Positions 44,778 through 54,539 of a stretch of DNA of 64,000 nucleotides are shown here, in pieces. The position numbers were made by a program, and so were the translations under genes. The notes beneath the pieces were generated by a model. It saw nothing but the letters and a program-made list of their open reading frames with translations, searched no databases and was not told the DNA's origin. Source of the DNA: a virus; the IMG/VR virus record IMGVR_UViG_3300044695_007705, positions 1 through 64,000 of that record; one strand, given 5' to 3'. Within the stretch, counting starts at the first letter, position 1. Each line of letters begins with the position of its first letter.

Positions 44778-47700
44778 TACTTAGAGCAAGAGAAGTTTTG
44801 TCCGTTATTCCATATTTTGACCGCCTCGTCTCGCCTTTTTTGTATCCCCCCAGGTCCCCTCTCGTAGTACTTATTCCATAAATCTGCCGCCTCTTGGGGT
44901 GTTCTAGCTGCATTCATGGCATCTACTATCCTCACCCCATTTATAGGGAACACATCTCTTCCCTCCCTTATCTCTTGCACTATGAACTCAAGTTGTTGTT
45001 GCTCTGTACAACTTCTGCCACATTTAGCAGCTAAATTATCCGCTCTGCTTCCGCACCACTGGGCTAATCCGTATCCGGAAGTACCTAAAACTCTGGATGG
45101 AGTACTGCCACATCCAACTCCGGGATTGGAGCCGTTGTGGACATTAGCGTTAAAATTGCTCTCCACAGAAAAATTACCCAAAGCTCCTGCATAAGCTATT
45201 GGGTTTGTAATTCCTACGGACCTAAGAGCATTTATGCTATTCTGAATAGTGGATTTAGAAGAACTTGCATAGTTCCCCACATAAGTACAGTTTCCCTGGG
45301 GGAAAGAGCTACTAACTGAGGAAGCTGCCTCTGTCGCCTCAGCCGTTTCTCTCGAACGTTGTAAAAACTCCCTCACCTCCTCAGCCTCTTTACAAATTTC
45401 TTCGCAAGACGTTCTCCCATTGCCCAAGTTCCAGCACAAATCTCCCAACGAGCGAATATACCCATAGTAATCGCGGTATTTAAAATTTTCCGTAACTAAG
45501 TAGTCTTCAAAGGTGGGAGGAGCCGGAACGTTGTTTACTGCTACACCCCAATCACTCACCCCAGTCACCTTCACCCTAAGGTCTCCATCCCATCTGTATT
45601 CAGCACTTTTAACGAACCATTTTGAGAATCGTTGAGGGATCCAGACCCCGGGGTCGATATTGTTCGGCCGCCCCTTCTCAATCCACTCATCGTATTTGGT
45701 TACGAACGCGAGGATCGTCCTGCCGGGAACAATTCTTAACGAGCGTGGGATACCCTTAAATTCGGTCTCTATCGTGACGCCGACAGGAGTTGGGGAGTTC
45801 TGTACGCCTTGGCCGTATTTGGAACCGGATGATCTTGTGCCCCCCGTGGCACCTACAGAGACGTTTTCTAGGGAACCGTCTAGTAAATGAGCGAGAAGAA
45901 GTACTTTACCGTCCGGCCTCAGGACTTCGACTACATTCCCGAAACCCCCAAAGTTGGGTACTTTTCTAAGTATCTTGGCTCCACCTATTACCTCGATGAC
46001 GGTATTTGAAGGTGCTCCGTAGTCTATTCCGTTGTGCGGAGAAGTCCTAAACGATTCAAAGTCCCCGTATTTGGATGTTACAGGCCATTCACTTGGTTTT
46101 TTACCCCCCAATCTTATGTAAGGATCCACATCCGCGCTTGTTATGGGTATACCTCTGCCTGAGGTTGAAGAGTTTGGGAATAATTCTACGTGCAAGTGAG
46201 GACCGGTGGAGAAACCGGTGCTTCCTACTCTCCCGGCATATACTTTCTGGTTAGCGGAAGGTGGTAGTTCTGGCGCAGCAGGTGCCGCAGATCCCGGCGT
46301 CCTTGCCTTTTCTGCCGCTATAGACTGCATTACTGGGCCCATTAACTGCTTGTACAAAGCTTCTTTTTGGCTAGCTGTACCTCTTTCGAAGATATTTTTC
46401 ACTTCGGGGGACATCCTCCCCACCTCGAGAATAGTTCCACCTCTACGAGGTACTGCAAGGCCGTCCCTGTGGTTAAGGGGGAAAGCCCCGTAAGTCTGTG
46501 AAAGAACATCGTCAAGCTGCCAGATTTTTCTACCAGCGGTAGGGGGTATTACACCCGATCTACCAAAACATTTAGGTTCTACTTCTTGATAGCAATCGTT
46601 GTGTATTTCGATCACTTGCTTGCCTTGTCTAACCGCTTCAGATGTTTTTGAATACTGGCTGCTTGGACTGCTTGTTGGCAAACTGCTAGATGGGGGGAAG
46701 TAAAACTCGACAAAGTCAGACACTCCATACGCCTGGGAGTTTCTCTGCGCCCATTTTACTAATTCGACATTAAGTTCTCTTTCGTTAGGAGCGCCGGAAC
46801 CCGCTGCATCGGCATGTCCTGCCATAAGGAATATTTTTGTAGGCTTGGATGTATCAGTAGCTCTCCAATTTTTGTCAGAAGCTTTAGGGGACTCAGGCAC
46901 TACCTTTGCCCCAGTAGTAATAGGTCCGGGTGCCGTTTGAATCGTTTTAATCCCCGCTTCTTTCTTTTCTTCGTCTGTAAGATCAAATGCCGGGATGGCG
47001 AAATTCCACACCAACGACGGTTCGAGGGTAACGGTAGTAGTACCGGCTGATGACTTGGGGATATAGAACCGAGTATGTAGCAATTTCTCAGGATTCGACT
47101 CCCCCAAGACCTGGTTAATCGCAACTTTACTGCCCTTTTTCAAATCGCCTTGAATCGCCAGTAAATTACCCACCTCCTGATGAATAGGACGGATCGTACA
47201 CTTCTTTGCCTTATCACACACTTTAAGGACATAGTTTGTCTGAATATTAATCCATAAGGAGCCGTTAACGTCCTTTGTATAAGTTCTGTTCTCAACAAGT
47301 CCGTCTAAAAACGATATAGGAACGTTATCATTAACACCAATACCATATAAGTTCGTATTCTCTACCTTGGTGTTTTTAACGGCCGGACCGTTACCTCTCC
47401 ACACATATCCGCTTGTCGACTGATTGACTTGAAACCTCTTTTTTAAGACGGTAAACTGCTCGGGGAACTGCTTAATACTCGTCTTGACACTAGCCATCTT
47501 CGCCTTTCTCTTGTCCGGAAAAGTGTCTTCTAAGACGTATTCTTCTCCGTCAATGGGGGTAGTGTCATAATCGACACCTAAGCCGCGCTTGAACTCAAGT
47601 TCAGCGTTAGAATTCAAAAAGTCACGTTCGACCGACCCACTTATTTGGTATCCTTCGTACAAGCCTTTGCCCAAGTAGAATATTGAGCAGCCTTGGTTAA

Positions 47701-48574
47701 CATTTGCTCTGGTACAGATCGAAATCTTATTAGCATACTCTTTTAAAGGTAGTTTGCTATAATTTCCTCCCACACTCCCAATATACTTCTTAAGGACTTC
47801 TTCCCCTGTAACCGCCTTCTCTCTAAACCCACTAGGCATTATGTATTTCTGACCATAATTCGCTTCAGGCGAGTTGCAAAACGAGACTCGATACCCATAC
47901 TGCTTGGCAATTTCCTTCAAATTCTCTTCCAGCGTCTCGTTCTCTTTCATTTGAAAGTTTGCCAGATTCTGGTTAAAAGCGATTGTCTGGGGATCAAGGC
48001 CGGAAATAGTCACTTTGGGGTAGGTTTTCCCATGACTGATATTGAACCGGTTCACCCTAAAATAACTCTCCAGGCTGAAGACGTTGCTGCCGACATTGTA
48101 ATAGAAAATTACAACTAAATGGGCGAATTGTGAAAAACTAGCTTTGCTGATGCCCGGATCTTCAAATTCCGAGCTTTGCTCATATGGACGGCAAGGTCTT
48201 TCGCGAGTCGACACCTGGCCCTTTTCGCACTTCGGCAGCAAGATATGGTTCGCGGCTGCCAACTGCTCACCAGTGTACGCTGCAGCCGTATCAAAAAGTA
48301 CCGCCCAAGACGCCCCGGTCATGTACGGGTCGGACAACGTGACGTTTACTGTCGACCCGGACAAGGCGTTTACAAACTGAGTTGCTCCTTGGACCGAAGT
48401 CTCGGCATTCGCAGTCAACGCGTCAGGCGACCAGTTCATTGACAGGGTTACACCGGCAATCTGCCTCTCCGGGAACCATATAATTTCCTGATCGCCGGTA
48501 GAAAACGGCCTATACCCTACCAGGCACCTACAACGATAAAGGCTATGCACCTCATGCCACTTCGATAACCACAA
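44777..48574 (-). CDS. Baseplate hub / tail lysin: GpD-like scaffold with amidase_3, permuted M23 peptidase and phage tail lysozyme domains
   Basis: AGH..NERE..IEIH..ILEVG (amidase); GSTGFSTGPHLH then HNGID..AHL (M23); AGALGNFSVES..GYGLAQW..QQLEF (tail lysozyme). Confidence 0.8.
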   Translation of the reverse strand: MWLSKWHEVHSLYRCRCLVGYRPFSTGDQEIIWFPERQIAGVTLSMNWSPDALTANAETSVQGATQFVNALSGSTVNVTLSDPYMTGASWAVLFDTAAAYTGEQLAAANHILLPKCEKGQVSTRERPCRPYEQSSEFEDPGISKASFSQFAHLVVIFYYNVGSNVFSLESYFRVNRFNISHGKTYPKVTISGLDPQTIAFNQNLANFQMKENETLEENLKEIAKQYGYRVSFCNSPEANYGQKYIMPSGFREKAVTGEEVLKKYIGSVGGNYSKLPLKEYANKISICTRANVNQGCSIFYLGKGLYEGYQISGSVERDFLNSNAELEFKRGLGVDYDTTPIDGEEYVLEDTFPDKRKAKMASVKTSIKQFPEQFTVLKKRFQVNQSTSGYVWRGNGPAVKNTKVENTNLYGIGVNDNVPISFLDGLVENRTYTKDVNGSLWINIQTNYVLKVCDKAKKCTIRPIHQEVGNLLAIQGDLKKGSKVAINQVLGESNPEKLLHTRFYIPKSSAGTTTVTLEPSLVWNFAIPAFDLTDEEKKEAGIKTIQTAPGPITTGAKVVPESPKASDKNWRATDTSKPTKIFLMAGHADAAGSGAPNERELNVELVKWAQRNSQAYGVSDFVEFYFPPSSSLPTSSPSSQYSKTSEAVRQGKQVIEIHNDCYQEVEPKCFGRSGVIPPTAGRKIWQLDDVLSQTYGAFPLNHRDGLAVPRRGGTILEVGRMSPEVKNIFERGTASQKEALYKQLMGPVMQSIAAEKARTPGSAAPAAPELPPSANQKVYAGRVGSTGFSTGPHLHVELFPNSSTSGRGIPITSADVDPYIRLGGKKPSEWPVTSKYGDFESFRTSPHNGIDYGAPSNTVIEVIGGAKILRKVPNFGGFGNVVEVLRPDGKVLLLAHLLDGSLENVSVGATGGTRSSGSKYGQGVQNSPTPVGVTIETEFKGIPRSLRIVPGRTILAFVTKYDEWIEKGRPNNIDPGVWIPQRFSKWFVKSAEYRWDGDLRVKVTGVSDWGVAVNNVPAPPTFEDYLVTENFKYRDYYGYIRSLGDLCWNLGNGRTSCEEICKEAEEVREFLQRSRETAEATEAASSVSSSFPQGNCTYVGNYASSSKSTIQNSINALRSVGITNPIAYAGALGNFSVESNFNANVHNGSNPGVGCGSTPSRVLGTSGYGLAQWCGSRADNLAAKCGRSCTEQQQLEFIVQEIREGRDVFPINGVRIVDAMNAARTPQEAADLWNKYYERGPGGIQKRRDEAVKIWNNGQNFSCSK

Positions 48575-49283
48575 CTAACGCGCCGGATCCTTCACCGTCA
48601 CCCTGGCCGGGCTCAGTGGTGTCGATTTCTAGACTCAAGATATCGCCGACGGCAAAGCCGTCACCGCCGTCCAGGATGTCGGTAATCTCGGTCACAGAAC
48701 CGTCCACAATCGTCCCTTCGAGCGAAGCGTCTTCGTACTGAACAGGATCGTTCTGTTCGCCTACTTCAAGATAAGCTCGGAACACAACACCGGTCGCATC
48801 GCCTCCGTCTAAACCGTCAACCGTGTAGTTCTCACCGCCATCGATTACGTCACCCAAGGCGACAAGCGGACCGACAGGAATAACGTTCTGCGTGATTTGA
48901 GAAAGCGTTGCGGAAAGGTTATACACTGCTACCATAAAGTGATAATCTCCCTCACCAGCGATTCCCACGTACCTTGTAATATTCACAAGCTGATCATTGA
49001 GCTGGTTCTCGTACGGATCCGTCACAACATCCGGATTCGCAACCAACGCGTCCACCACCAGTTCCAAGACCCCATACGCGAATTGCTTGGCCGAGAAGCC
49101 CATGCTAGGCCCGCAAGTGTTGTATTTTTCCAGCAGTTCCGAGCGAATTTCAGGGGTGTTCCCCGTCTCATCGTACTCGTTGACAAGTTTATTCTGTAAG
49201 ACGGTGGCAAAAAAATCTCCGAGCGAAGCTTTGTACTCAAACTCGATGCCAACAAGTCTTTTCAGTCTAGCAATGGTTGCCAT
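48552..49283 (-). CDS. Hypothetical acidic virion protein
   Basis: GGENYT / GGDGFAVGDIL repeats typical of cyanophage structural proteins; preceded by the late motif. Confidence 0.55.
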   Translation of the reverse strand: MATIARLKRLVGIEFEYKASLGDFFATVLQNKLVNEYDETGNTPEIRSELLEKYNTCGPSMGFSAKQFAYGVLELVVDALVANPDVVTDPYENQLNDQLVNITRYVGIAGEGDYHFMVAVYNLSATLSQITQNVIPVGPLVALGDVIDGGENYTVDGLDGGDATGVVFRAYLEVGEQNDPVQYEDASLEGTIVDGSVTEITDILDGGDGFAVGDILSLEIDTTEPGQGDGEGSGALVVVIEVA

Positions 49284-49308
49284 AATACTTAATCTATCTA
49301 TTCCTTAA

Positions 49309-49317
49309 GCTTTCAAC
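49309..49317 (-). promoter_or_regulatory. GTTGAAAGC putative late promoter
   Basis: 25 nt upstream of ATG 49283. Confidence 0.7.
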
Positions 49318-49640
49318 TAAGAAACCCGCACCTTGAGGACGCTTCCCGTACGGTACATGCCTCCGACTGGGACGGGGGGAGTGGCGGCAGCAGCAGCGGT
49401 ATCGTCAGCGAATTCCCTAAGGCCGGTAAAATCGATTTGGGCGAAAGGGATGACGTCCTGCTCGCCTACACGTCTTGCGACTCCATCCGCGCCGACATAA
49501 AAGATCTGAGCCTTCGGCTCGTTAAGAAACAGCTCGCCACGTTTGACATTAGCGGCATCATCGTCATACAACGACTGCACGTAGTTTTTAGTCTTGTTCG
49601 GGTCGGATGTAAACCGAACGCCCCATCTCGGTTTAGGCAT
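49317..49640 (-). CDS. Small virion / fibre-like protein
   Basis: GELFLN..IFYVG; C-terminal AAA..VPVGGMYRTG..LKVR. Confidence 0.55.
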   Translation of the reverse strand: MPKPRWGVRFTSDPNKTKNYVQSLYDDDAANVKRGELFLNEPKAQIFYVGADGVARRVGEQDVIPFAQIDFTGLREFADDTAAAAATPPVPVGGMYRTGSVLKVRVS

Positions 49641-49660
49641 TGAAATAATCGTCTCATAGG

Positions 49661-49669
49661 GCTTTCAAC
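49661..49669 (-). promoter_or_regulatory. GTTGAAAGC putative late promoter
   Basis: 20 nt upstream of ATG 49640; back-to-back with TGcTAGACT (49671-49679) on the plus strand. Confidence 0.7.
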
Positions 49670-49702
49670 GTGCTAGACTTAGGGAGACTTCTCCCCTCCG
49701 CA

Positions 49703-50296
49703 ATGCACACGATTATTTTTTTAGGGCCCGATCGGGTTGGAAAAACTTCTCTCCTTAACAAGACGGCGTCTAACTTAAAAAACGCGGGATACCTAGTTCA
49801 TGCTCTTCACTTTTCAGGAATCAGGCCGGAACATAACTCTCCTGTTGAACAGTTCAGGGAAAAGCTTACAGACATTCCTTTGCCGGCCTCAGACTATCTC
49901 CTAATCGATCGTTTCGTCTCCGACACATTGTTTTACGAGGAGCGCAGGGGGCAAATGCCAGCCATTAACCCGATCTGCTCGCAAGAGCCGGAGTCTATCT
50001 TGATCGACTTGAGCGAAAGAGTTGATGTCGTAATCTTGGGCCGGGGCTGGGATCAAACCATGATCGATCGGCACATCACCGAGCTTAGAGCCAATAATCC
50101 TCGTGCCTCTACGTACTGGATAAACGCCCAGCTCGAGTTAAGAATGAACGAGCATAACGGGTATTATGGACACACCGAGGAGTTCTTCAAATCCCAAAGC
50201 CTTATACCTCGTTCTTGTGTATTCAGCCTCCCCAAGCCCGACATTGACAAAGACGTGTTCACCAACTGTCCCTCTATCCCCCTCAGGCAAAGGTGA
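49703..50296 (+). CDS. P-loop nucleotide (thymidylate/dNMP) kinase-like protein
   Basis: GPDRVGKT and LIDRF; probable start MHTII at 49703. Confidence 0.7.
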   Translation: MHTIIFLGPDRVGKTSLLNKTASNLKNAGYLVHALHFSGIRPEHNSPVEQFREKLTDIPLPASDYLLIDRFVSDTLFYEERRGQMPAINPICSQEPESILIDLSERVDVVILGRGWDQTMIDRHITELRANNPRASTYWINAQLELRMNEHNGYYGHTEEFFKSQSLIPRSCVFSLPKPDIDKDVFTNCPSIPLRQR

Positions 50297-50353
50297 AAGC
50301 ATTGTAGGTGCTTTTCTCTGAATGGTTCTCCGTTCAAAATATATCAGCTCCTG

Positions 50354-50387
50354 GGCGGGTACACAGTCTTTGTGTCCCGTCTTTTTT
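50354..50387 (+). terminator. Intrinsic terminator immediately upstream of phoH
   Basis: GGCGGG(T)ACACA-GTCTT-TGTGTCCCGTC-TTTTTT. Confidence 0.65.
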
Positions 50388-50404
50388 ATTACCTGGAAAA
50401 TTCA

Positions 50405-51154
50405 ATGGCTAAAGCGCGTACAAGGCGAGAGAAGGTCACCGAGTCTTCGGTACCGGGATACGATGAAATTGCCTACGGGATCCCCGCTGGGCGAGGAGAC
50501 GGCCTTAGGACTATTCACCCGGCGAACGAGAGCCAGCGCGAGGCATTGGAGTACCTAAGGAGCCGGACTCTTACTATTTTGACTGGGCCGCCTGGGACAG
50601 CCAAGACACTGCTTTCCGTCTTCATTGCTTGCGAAAAACTGCAAAAGCGGCAGATTGATAAGATATATTATGTTAAGCCGATTGTCGATACGCCGGGGGA
50701 GAAAGGAATTGGCTATTTGCCAGGTAACGAGATGGAGAAACTTGAACCGCACATCGCGTCTCTAAGGGACGCGTTAAGCGTGTTTATGGCGAAGGGGAAA
50801 GCAGACTATTTAATAGATAAAAAGATTATCGAATTTTTGCCTATCGAGCATTTAAGGGGACGGTCGCTGCACCGTTGCGTGGTTATTGCGGACGAGATGC
50901 AGAATGCCACTGCTCATAGCGTGCTGACTATTCTCTCTCGACTTGGCGACCATAGTTCTATCGCGTTACTCGGTGACGTGATCCAGCGCGATTTAGCCAA
51001 TAGATTTGGAAAGGACGGTCTGAGCGATGCGGTTCACAGACTGTCCAAACTCGAGGAGTTTGTCGGTTCAGTAGAATTTCAAATCGATGATATTGTCCGT
51101 TCGGAATTTGTAAAACAAGTTATTTTGTCGTACCGCGATTTGTACGAGAGCTAG
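50405..51154 (+). CDS. phoH: PhoH-family ATPase
   Basis: GPPGTAKT, IGYLPG, LRGRSL, ADEMQN, GD..Q.D, DIVRS; probable ATG at 50405. Confidence 0.92.
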   Translation: MAKARTRREKVTESSVPGYDEIAYGIPAGRGDGLRTIHPANESQREALEYLRSRTLTILTGPPGTAKTLLSVFIACEKLQKRQIDKIYYVKPIVDTPGEKGIGYLPGNEMEKLEPHIASLRDALSVFMAKGKADYLIDKKIIEFLPIEHLRGRSLHRCVVIADEMQNATAHSVLTILSRLGDHSSIALLGDVIQRDLANRFGKDGLSDAVHRLSKLEEFVGSVEFQIDDIVRSEFVKQVILSYRDLYES

Positions 51155-51344
51155 AGGGGGAGGATTGCTGTGTCGGAGAAGGGAAAAAAAGAGCTGCTGT
51201 AAACATCCACCTGTCTACACAGGCATTGACTTGCCTGGGGCCCATAGACCAGTTAGGTATCTCGCAAAGCGCGATAAACGCTAGGCAGAACAACGCTTCG
51301 AATACAAAGAAGGCGACTCCCTCTGTTAATTTAATTTTGTCCAT
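51120..51344 (-). CDS. Small membrane protein (holin candidate)
   Basis: 74 aa with two hydrophobic segments; preceded by a late-motif variant. Confidence 0.45.
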   Translation of the reverse strand: MDKIKLTEGVAFFVFEALFCLAFIALCEIPNWSMGPRQVNACVDRWMFTAALFFPSPTQQSSPSSSRTNRGTTK

Positions 51345-51367
51345 TAGCTATATTTCCCCTATATAAA

Positions 51368-51390
51368 GCCTTCAACGAAGAGTTGAAAGC
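51368..51390. promoter_or_regulatory. Second back-to-back divergent motif pair (GTTGAAGGC on minus, GTTGAAAGC on plus)
   Basis: Each copy is 23 nt from its ATG and followed by N4-TATAGG. Confidence 0.7.
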
Positions 51391-51413
51391 CTCTTATAGG
51401 GCGTATTGTCTAA

Positions 51414-54400
51414 ATGGCTACTAAAGTAACTAAAAGCTCACAACTTCCCTCGTTAAATCAAGACGAGGTAATAAGGGTTTTACGTAGGCGGGCAGGAAAA
51501 AGAGAAGGAGTCTCTAACTTTATTGGCCTTAAACGATCCTCGGCTCTGGCTGACGTCGAGAATCCTTCCGACGCTTTAAATAACGTCCTGGACAAAATAA
51601 GCCTTGTTTTAGATGCTGGCGAAAGAAATATCTACAAACGGCCTTACAATTCATCTGACTGGAGAGTTACCAGAGATTTCGTAGAAAAAGACATTAACAG
51701 GGAGTTTTTGTCGCAATTACAGGGTGCGAGTATCGGCGGAGGAATACTCGGTTCTACTGTTCTTACAACTCCCAGAATCCGTATCCAAGACCGGATATCT
51801 TTGCTTAATTCTTTTTATGGGGAGGGCAGCCTCCCCGGTCTTCATAGCGGCCCTAACGCCCAGTTTTACAGATCTCCCGGGTCTCAAGTAATCGGATTTG
51901 TAAAATTCACTATTGACGTAGATAATAACATCGACTTGACTGAATTAAAAGCGCCGGATGGCTCTACAAATATAACAGAAAGTGATGTTTTAGACGGGGG
52001 AGAAAGAGTAGTTTTAGATATTGATAGCTATCAGACTCCAGGTGGAGTACTTTCATCGCTAAGTGGTACTAACATTACCCTTATACTGGACTCGCCAAAT
52101 TCCTGGTCTGTAAACCAATCTTCGGGCAGAAAGCTAAACTCTATTAAGGGGATAGTAGGAGAGTTGGTATTTGGTCAGCTTAAGTTTAAAATCTCAAGGC
52201 AGTATTCTTTACTAAATCCTCCCCTATGGTTTACTGAGTCCCCAGACGACTCTGGAACTAATATTCCAGGCAGCGGAGATGACAACGACCCTGAGACTTC
52301 TCGTAAAGTTCTTGTAACATCAAGCTCGGGAGATATTATACCTTATGTAGAAAAGGGGTACTGGTTTACTCGGGCCTATGTGGAGAATAGATGGACTAGC
52401 AGGGAAAGGACTTTGGTTGGAGACAATAGTATAACTCAAGACTCTAATATGAGGTGGCAAACTACTCCTTCCCCTCTGAAAGGAGAGGAGTATAATTGGG
52501 GTATCAGATGGGAGGGATATTTGAGAATTACTCCTGGCATATACGCCCTACAAGTGCAGACTAACGTATCTATTAAAATAGATATGGATTTAGGGGGCTG
52601 GACAAATGTATTTGACACGTCAACTGCTGCTCAAGAGTCCGAAGATACTTATATATCTGGTCAGTCTTTCGATACTGATTCTCTGGACTCAAAGTATAAA
52701 TACTTTTTCGGTGATAATTTATCAACTGACTGGGTAGCTTACGTCCCGATTGTTATAAGAATGTTTAATGGAGGCCCGGACAAAGCGTTTCCAGGTCTTT
52801 CGCTTGTATCAGAGCCTAATCTGTTTATAAAAACTACTAAGATAAGCCAGAACAGAAACTGGTACAGAGAGACGTTTAATGTCACATTAAGTGGTACGGA
52901 TGGTAACTGGGTTCTTACAGGTCCCAAAATCTCAGACTTGAAATCTATAAGAGAAGATTCTCTGTCCTCTATTAGCTACAGTTTAATATCCAAAGACGGT
53001 CAGTTTTTCCCATCACCTGTAAGCATTTCTCTTTCTGTTTCTGGGGGAAATTTAATAAGCAATACCACCGGTCTACAGGCTGGTAATTACGAATTACTTG
53101 TAAACCCGGTTAGGGGTCCGGGGTTTGACAGTAATTTACAGGCTCTGTGGAAAGGTAGGATAGCTTCTCCGTCTCCATCAAGTAAACTATACACCGATCT
53201 TACGGATTCTGGCTACACTCCCGACCAGCTTAGAGTGCCCTTTGATTTCAGGCCTCCCTGGTGGAAATTTTTTGACGGTAGTCCGTATAACCGTTCGGAT
53301 TCCCCGGATATTGAAAACACCCCGCTAGACGGGTTTATAAGAAATACTTTTAAATCGACTTTGAAGTCAGATGTAGACGGCCTTGGTTTATATGGAAACG
53401 GCCTAGAGCCTCCCACTTACTCCCAAAGACCTAACATCATTTTGGGCGAATCTCGCTATAGCTTAGACTCCCCCAAAGGCTCTAGCTACATGGGTATTAA
53501 ATTGACCTCTAATAGCCTTGGAGAAGGGGGTCTGTTTTTAATAGACTCTTTGCCAATAAATAATTCTGTTTTTAACGACTCTTTACTTCTTGGGGCAAAT
53601 GACCTTGGGGGTAGTCCTAATCATTTAACTATAGCGGGAGGTAAGCAAACCCCACAAAAAGCTATTTTTACTCTGCAAGATGATGACACGGACCCGGATA
53701 CCTATAATAAATACTTTTTATTTGACGGCACCCCAACTCAAGATGATGATCCTGAAGATTACGGGTTACCTGCATTTTCGAGCCCTGTCTGGGATTCTCC
53801 TATAACAATACAGGCTGTTAGAGTGGCTGATGACATTGATTTTACAGATAACGTGCGGCCATTTGTTGATGTCTTTGTAATGGGAGTTGAGAAAATCCTT
53901 GTATCTGGGTATAATGTCCTCGCTTTTACAACAACTTTAAGTTCTATACTTGATGAGGGGGAAGAAAGAAATCTTTTTGATGAAAAGTATATAGAATTTT
54001 ATACCGAGTCTGATTTAGACTACTCTTATCAAAGAGTGGATAGCGGCTCTTCTCTATCATTTTCCGATGTACTTAAGCTGACCTATGATGAATCAGATGA
54101 CATTATACCGCTAGAGAGTGAGATACCGAGACCTCCTTCTAGTAGAGTCACCCCTTGGGGGTTTGATTTAGCCGAGACGAGTTCGGGAATCTGTTATCCG
54201 CCTTACGCAACTGTAAACGAACTACTTTCAGATACTGCTGTAAGTGACGAGGATCTTTACGACTCCCCGGTGGGTAACTACGACGTTATATGGGGTGATG
54301 CCACCAAGGAAGATTTAGGCAGCAATAATTTGACTATTACCGAGAAGTTAGAGTTTTCTGGAGACTCGTCTTGTATCGAGACTATTAGTACTCCTGTTAC

Positions 54401-54539
54401 TTTAAGCGCTAATGCTTACTCTCACCGCATCAAAATCGATTTCCCAGTAGACGAGACTTCTGTACCGGAAGACGCAACTGAGTACATAGGAAATAAAGAA
54501 AAGGTAAAAGATTTCTACTTCCTGTACGTCTCGCTCTAA
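51414..54539 (+). CDS. Large virion protein with PA14-like carbohydrate-binding domain
   Basis: NWGIRWEGYLRITPGIYAL..YVPIVIRMF. Confidence 0.6.
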   Translation: MATKVTKSSQLPSLNQDEVIRVLRRRAGKREGVSNFIGLKRSSALADVENPSDALNNVLDKISLVLDAGERNIYKRPYNSSDWRVTRDFVEKDINREFLSQLQGASIGGGILGSTVLTTPRIRIQDRISLLNSFYGEGSLPGLHSGPNAQFYRSPGSQVIGFVKFTIDVDNNIDLTELKAPDGSTNITESDVLDGGERVVLDIDSYQTPGGVLSSLSGTNITLILDSPNSWSVNQSSGRKLNSIKGIVGELVFGQLKFKISRQYSLLNPPLWFTESPDDSGTNIPGSGDDNDPETSRKVLVTSSSGDIIPYVEKGYWFTRAYVENRWTSRERTLVGDNSITQDSNMRWQTTPSPLKGEEYNWGIRWEGYLRITPGIYALQVQTNVSIKIDMDLGGWTNVFDTSTAAQESEDTYISGQSFDTDSLDSKYKYFFGDNLSTDWVAYVPIVIRMFNGGPDKAFPGLSLVSEPNLFIKTTKISQNRNWYRETFNVTLSGTDGNWVLTGPKISDLKSIREDSLSSISYSLISKDGQFFPSPVSISLSVSGGNLISNTTGLQAGNYELLVNPVRGPGFDSNLQALWKGRIASPSPSSKLYTDLTDSGYTPDQLRVPFDFRPPWWKFFDGSPYNRSDSPDIENTPLDGFIRNTFKSTLKSDVDGLGLYGNGLEPPTYSQRPNIILGESRYSLDSPKGSSYMGIKLTSNSLGEGGLFLIDSLPINNSVFNDSLLLGANDLGGSPNHLTIAGGKQTPQKAIFTLQDDDTDPDTYNKYFLFDGTPTQDDDPEDYGLPAFSSPVWDSPITIQAVRVADDIDFTDNVRPFVDVFVMGVEKILVSGYNVLAFTTTLSSILDEGEERNLFDEKYIEFYTESDLDYSYQRVDSGSSLSFSDVLKLTYDESDDIIPLESEIPRPPSSRVTPWGFDLAETSSGICYPPYATVNELLSDTAVSDEDLYDSPVGNYDVIWGDATKEDLGSNNLTITEKLEFSGDSSCIETISTPVTLSANAYSHRIKIDFPVDETSVPEDATEYIGNKEKVKDFYFLYVSL

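Noticed and set aside
7981-48574. Bacterial extracellular contractile injection system or tailocin
   Set aside because: Terminase, primase/helicase, RNR and a sigma factor are interleaved, indicating a true phage genome
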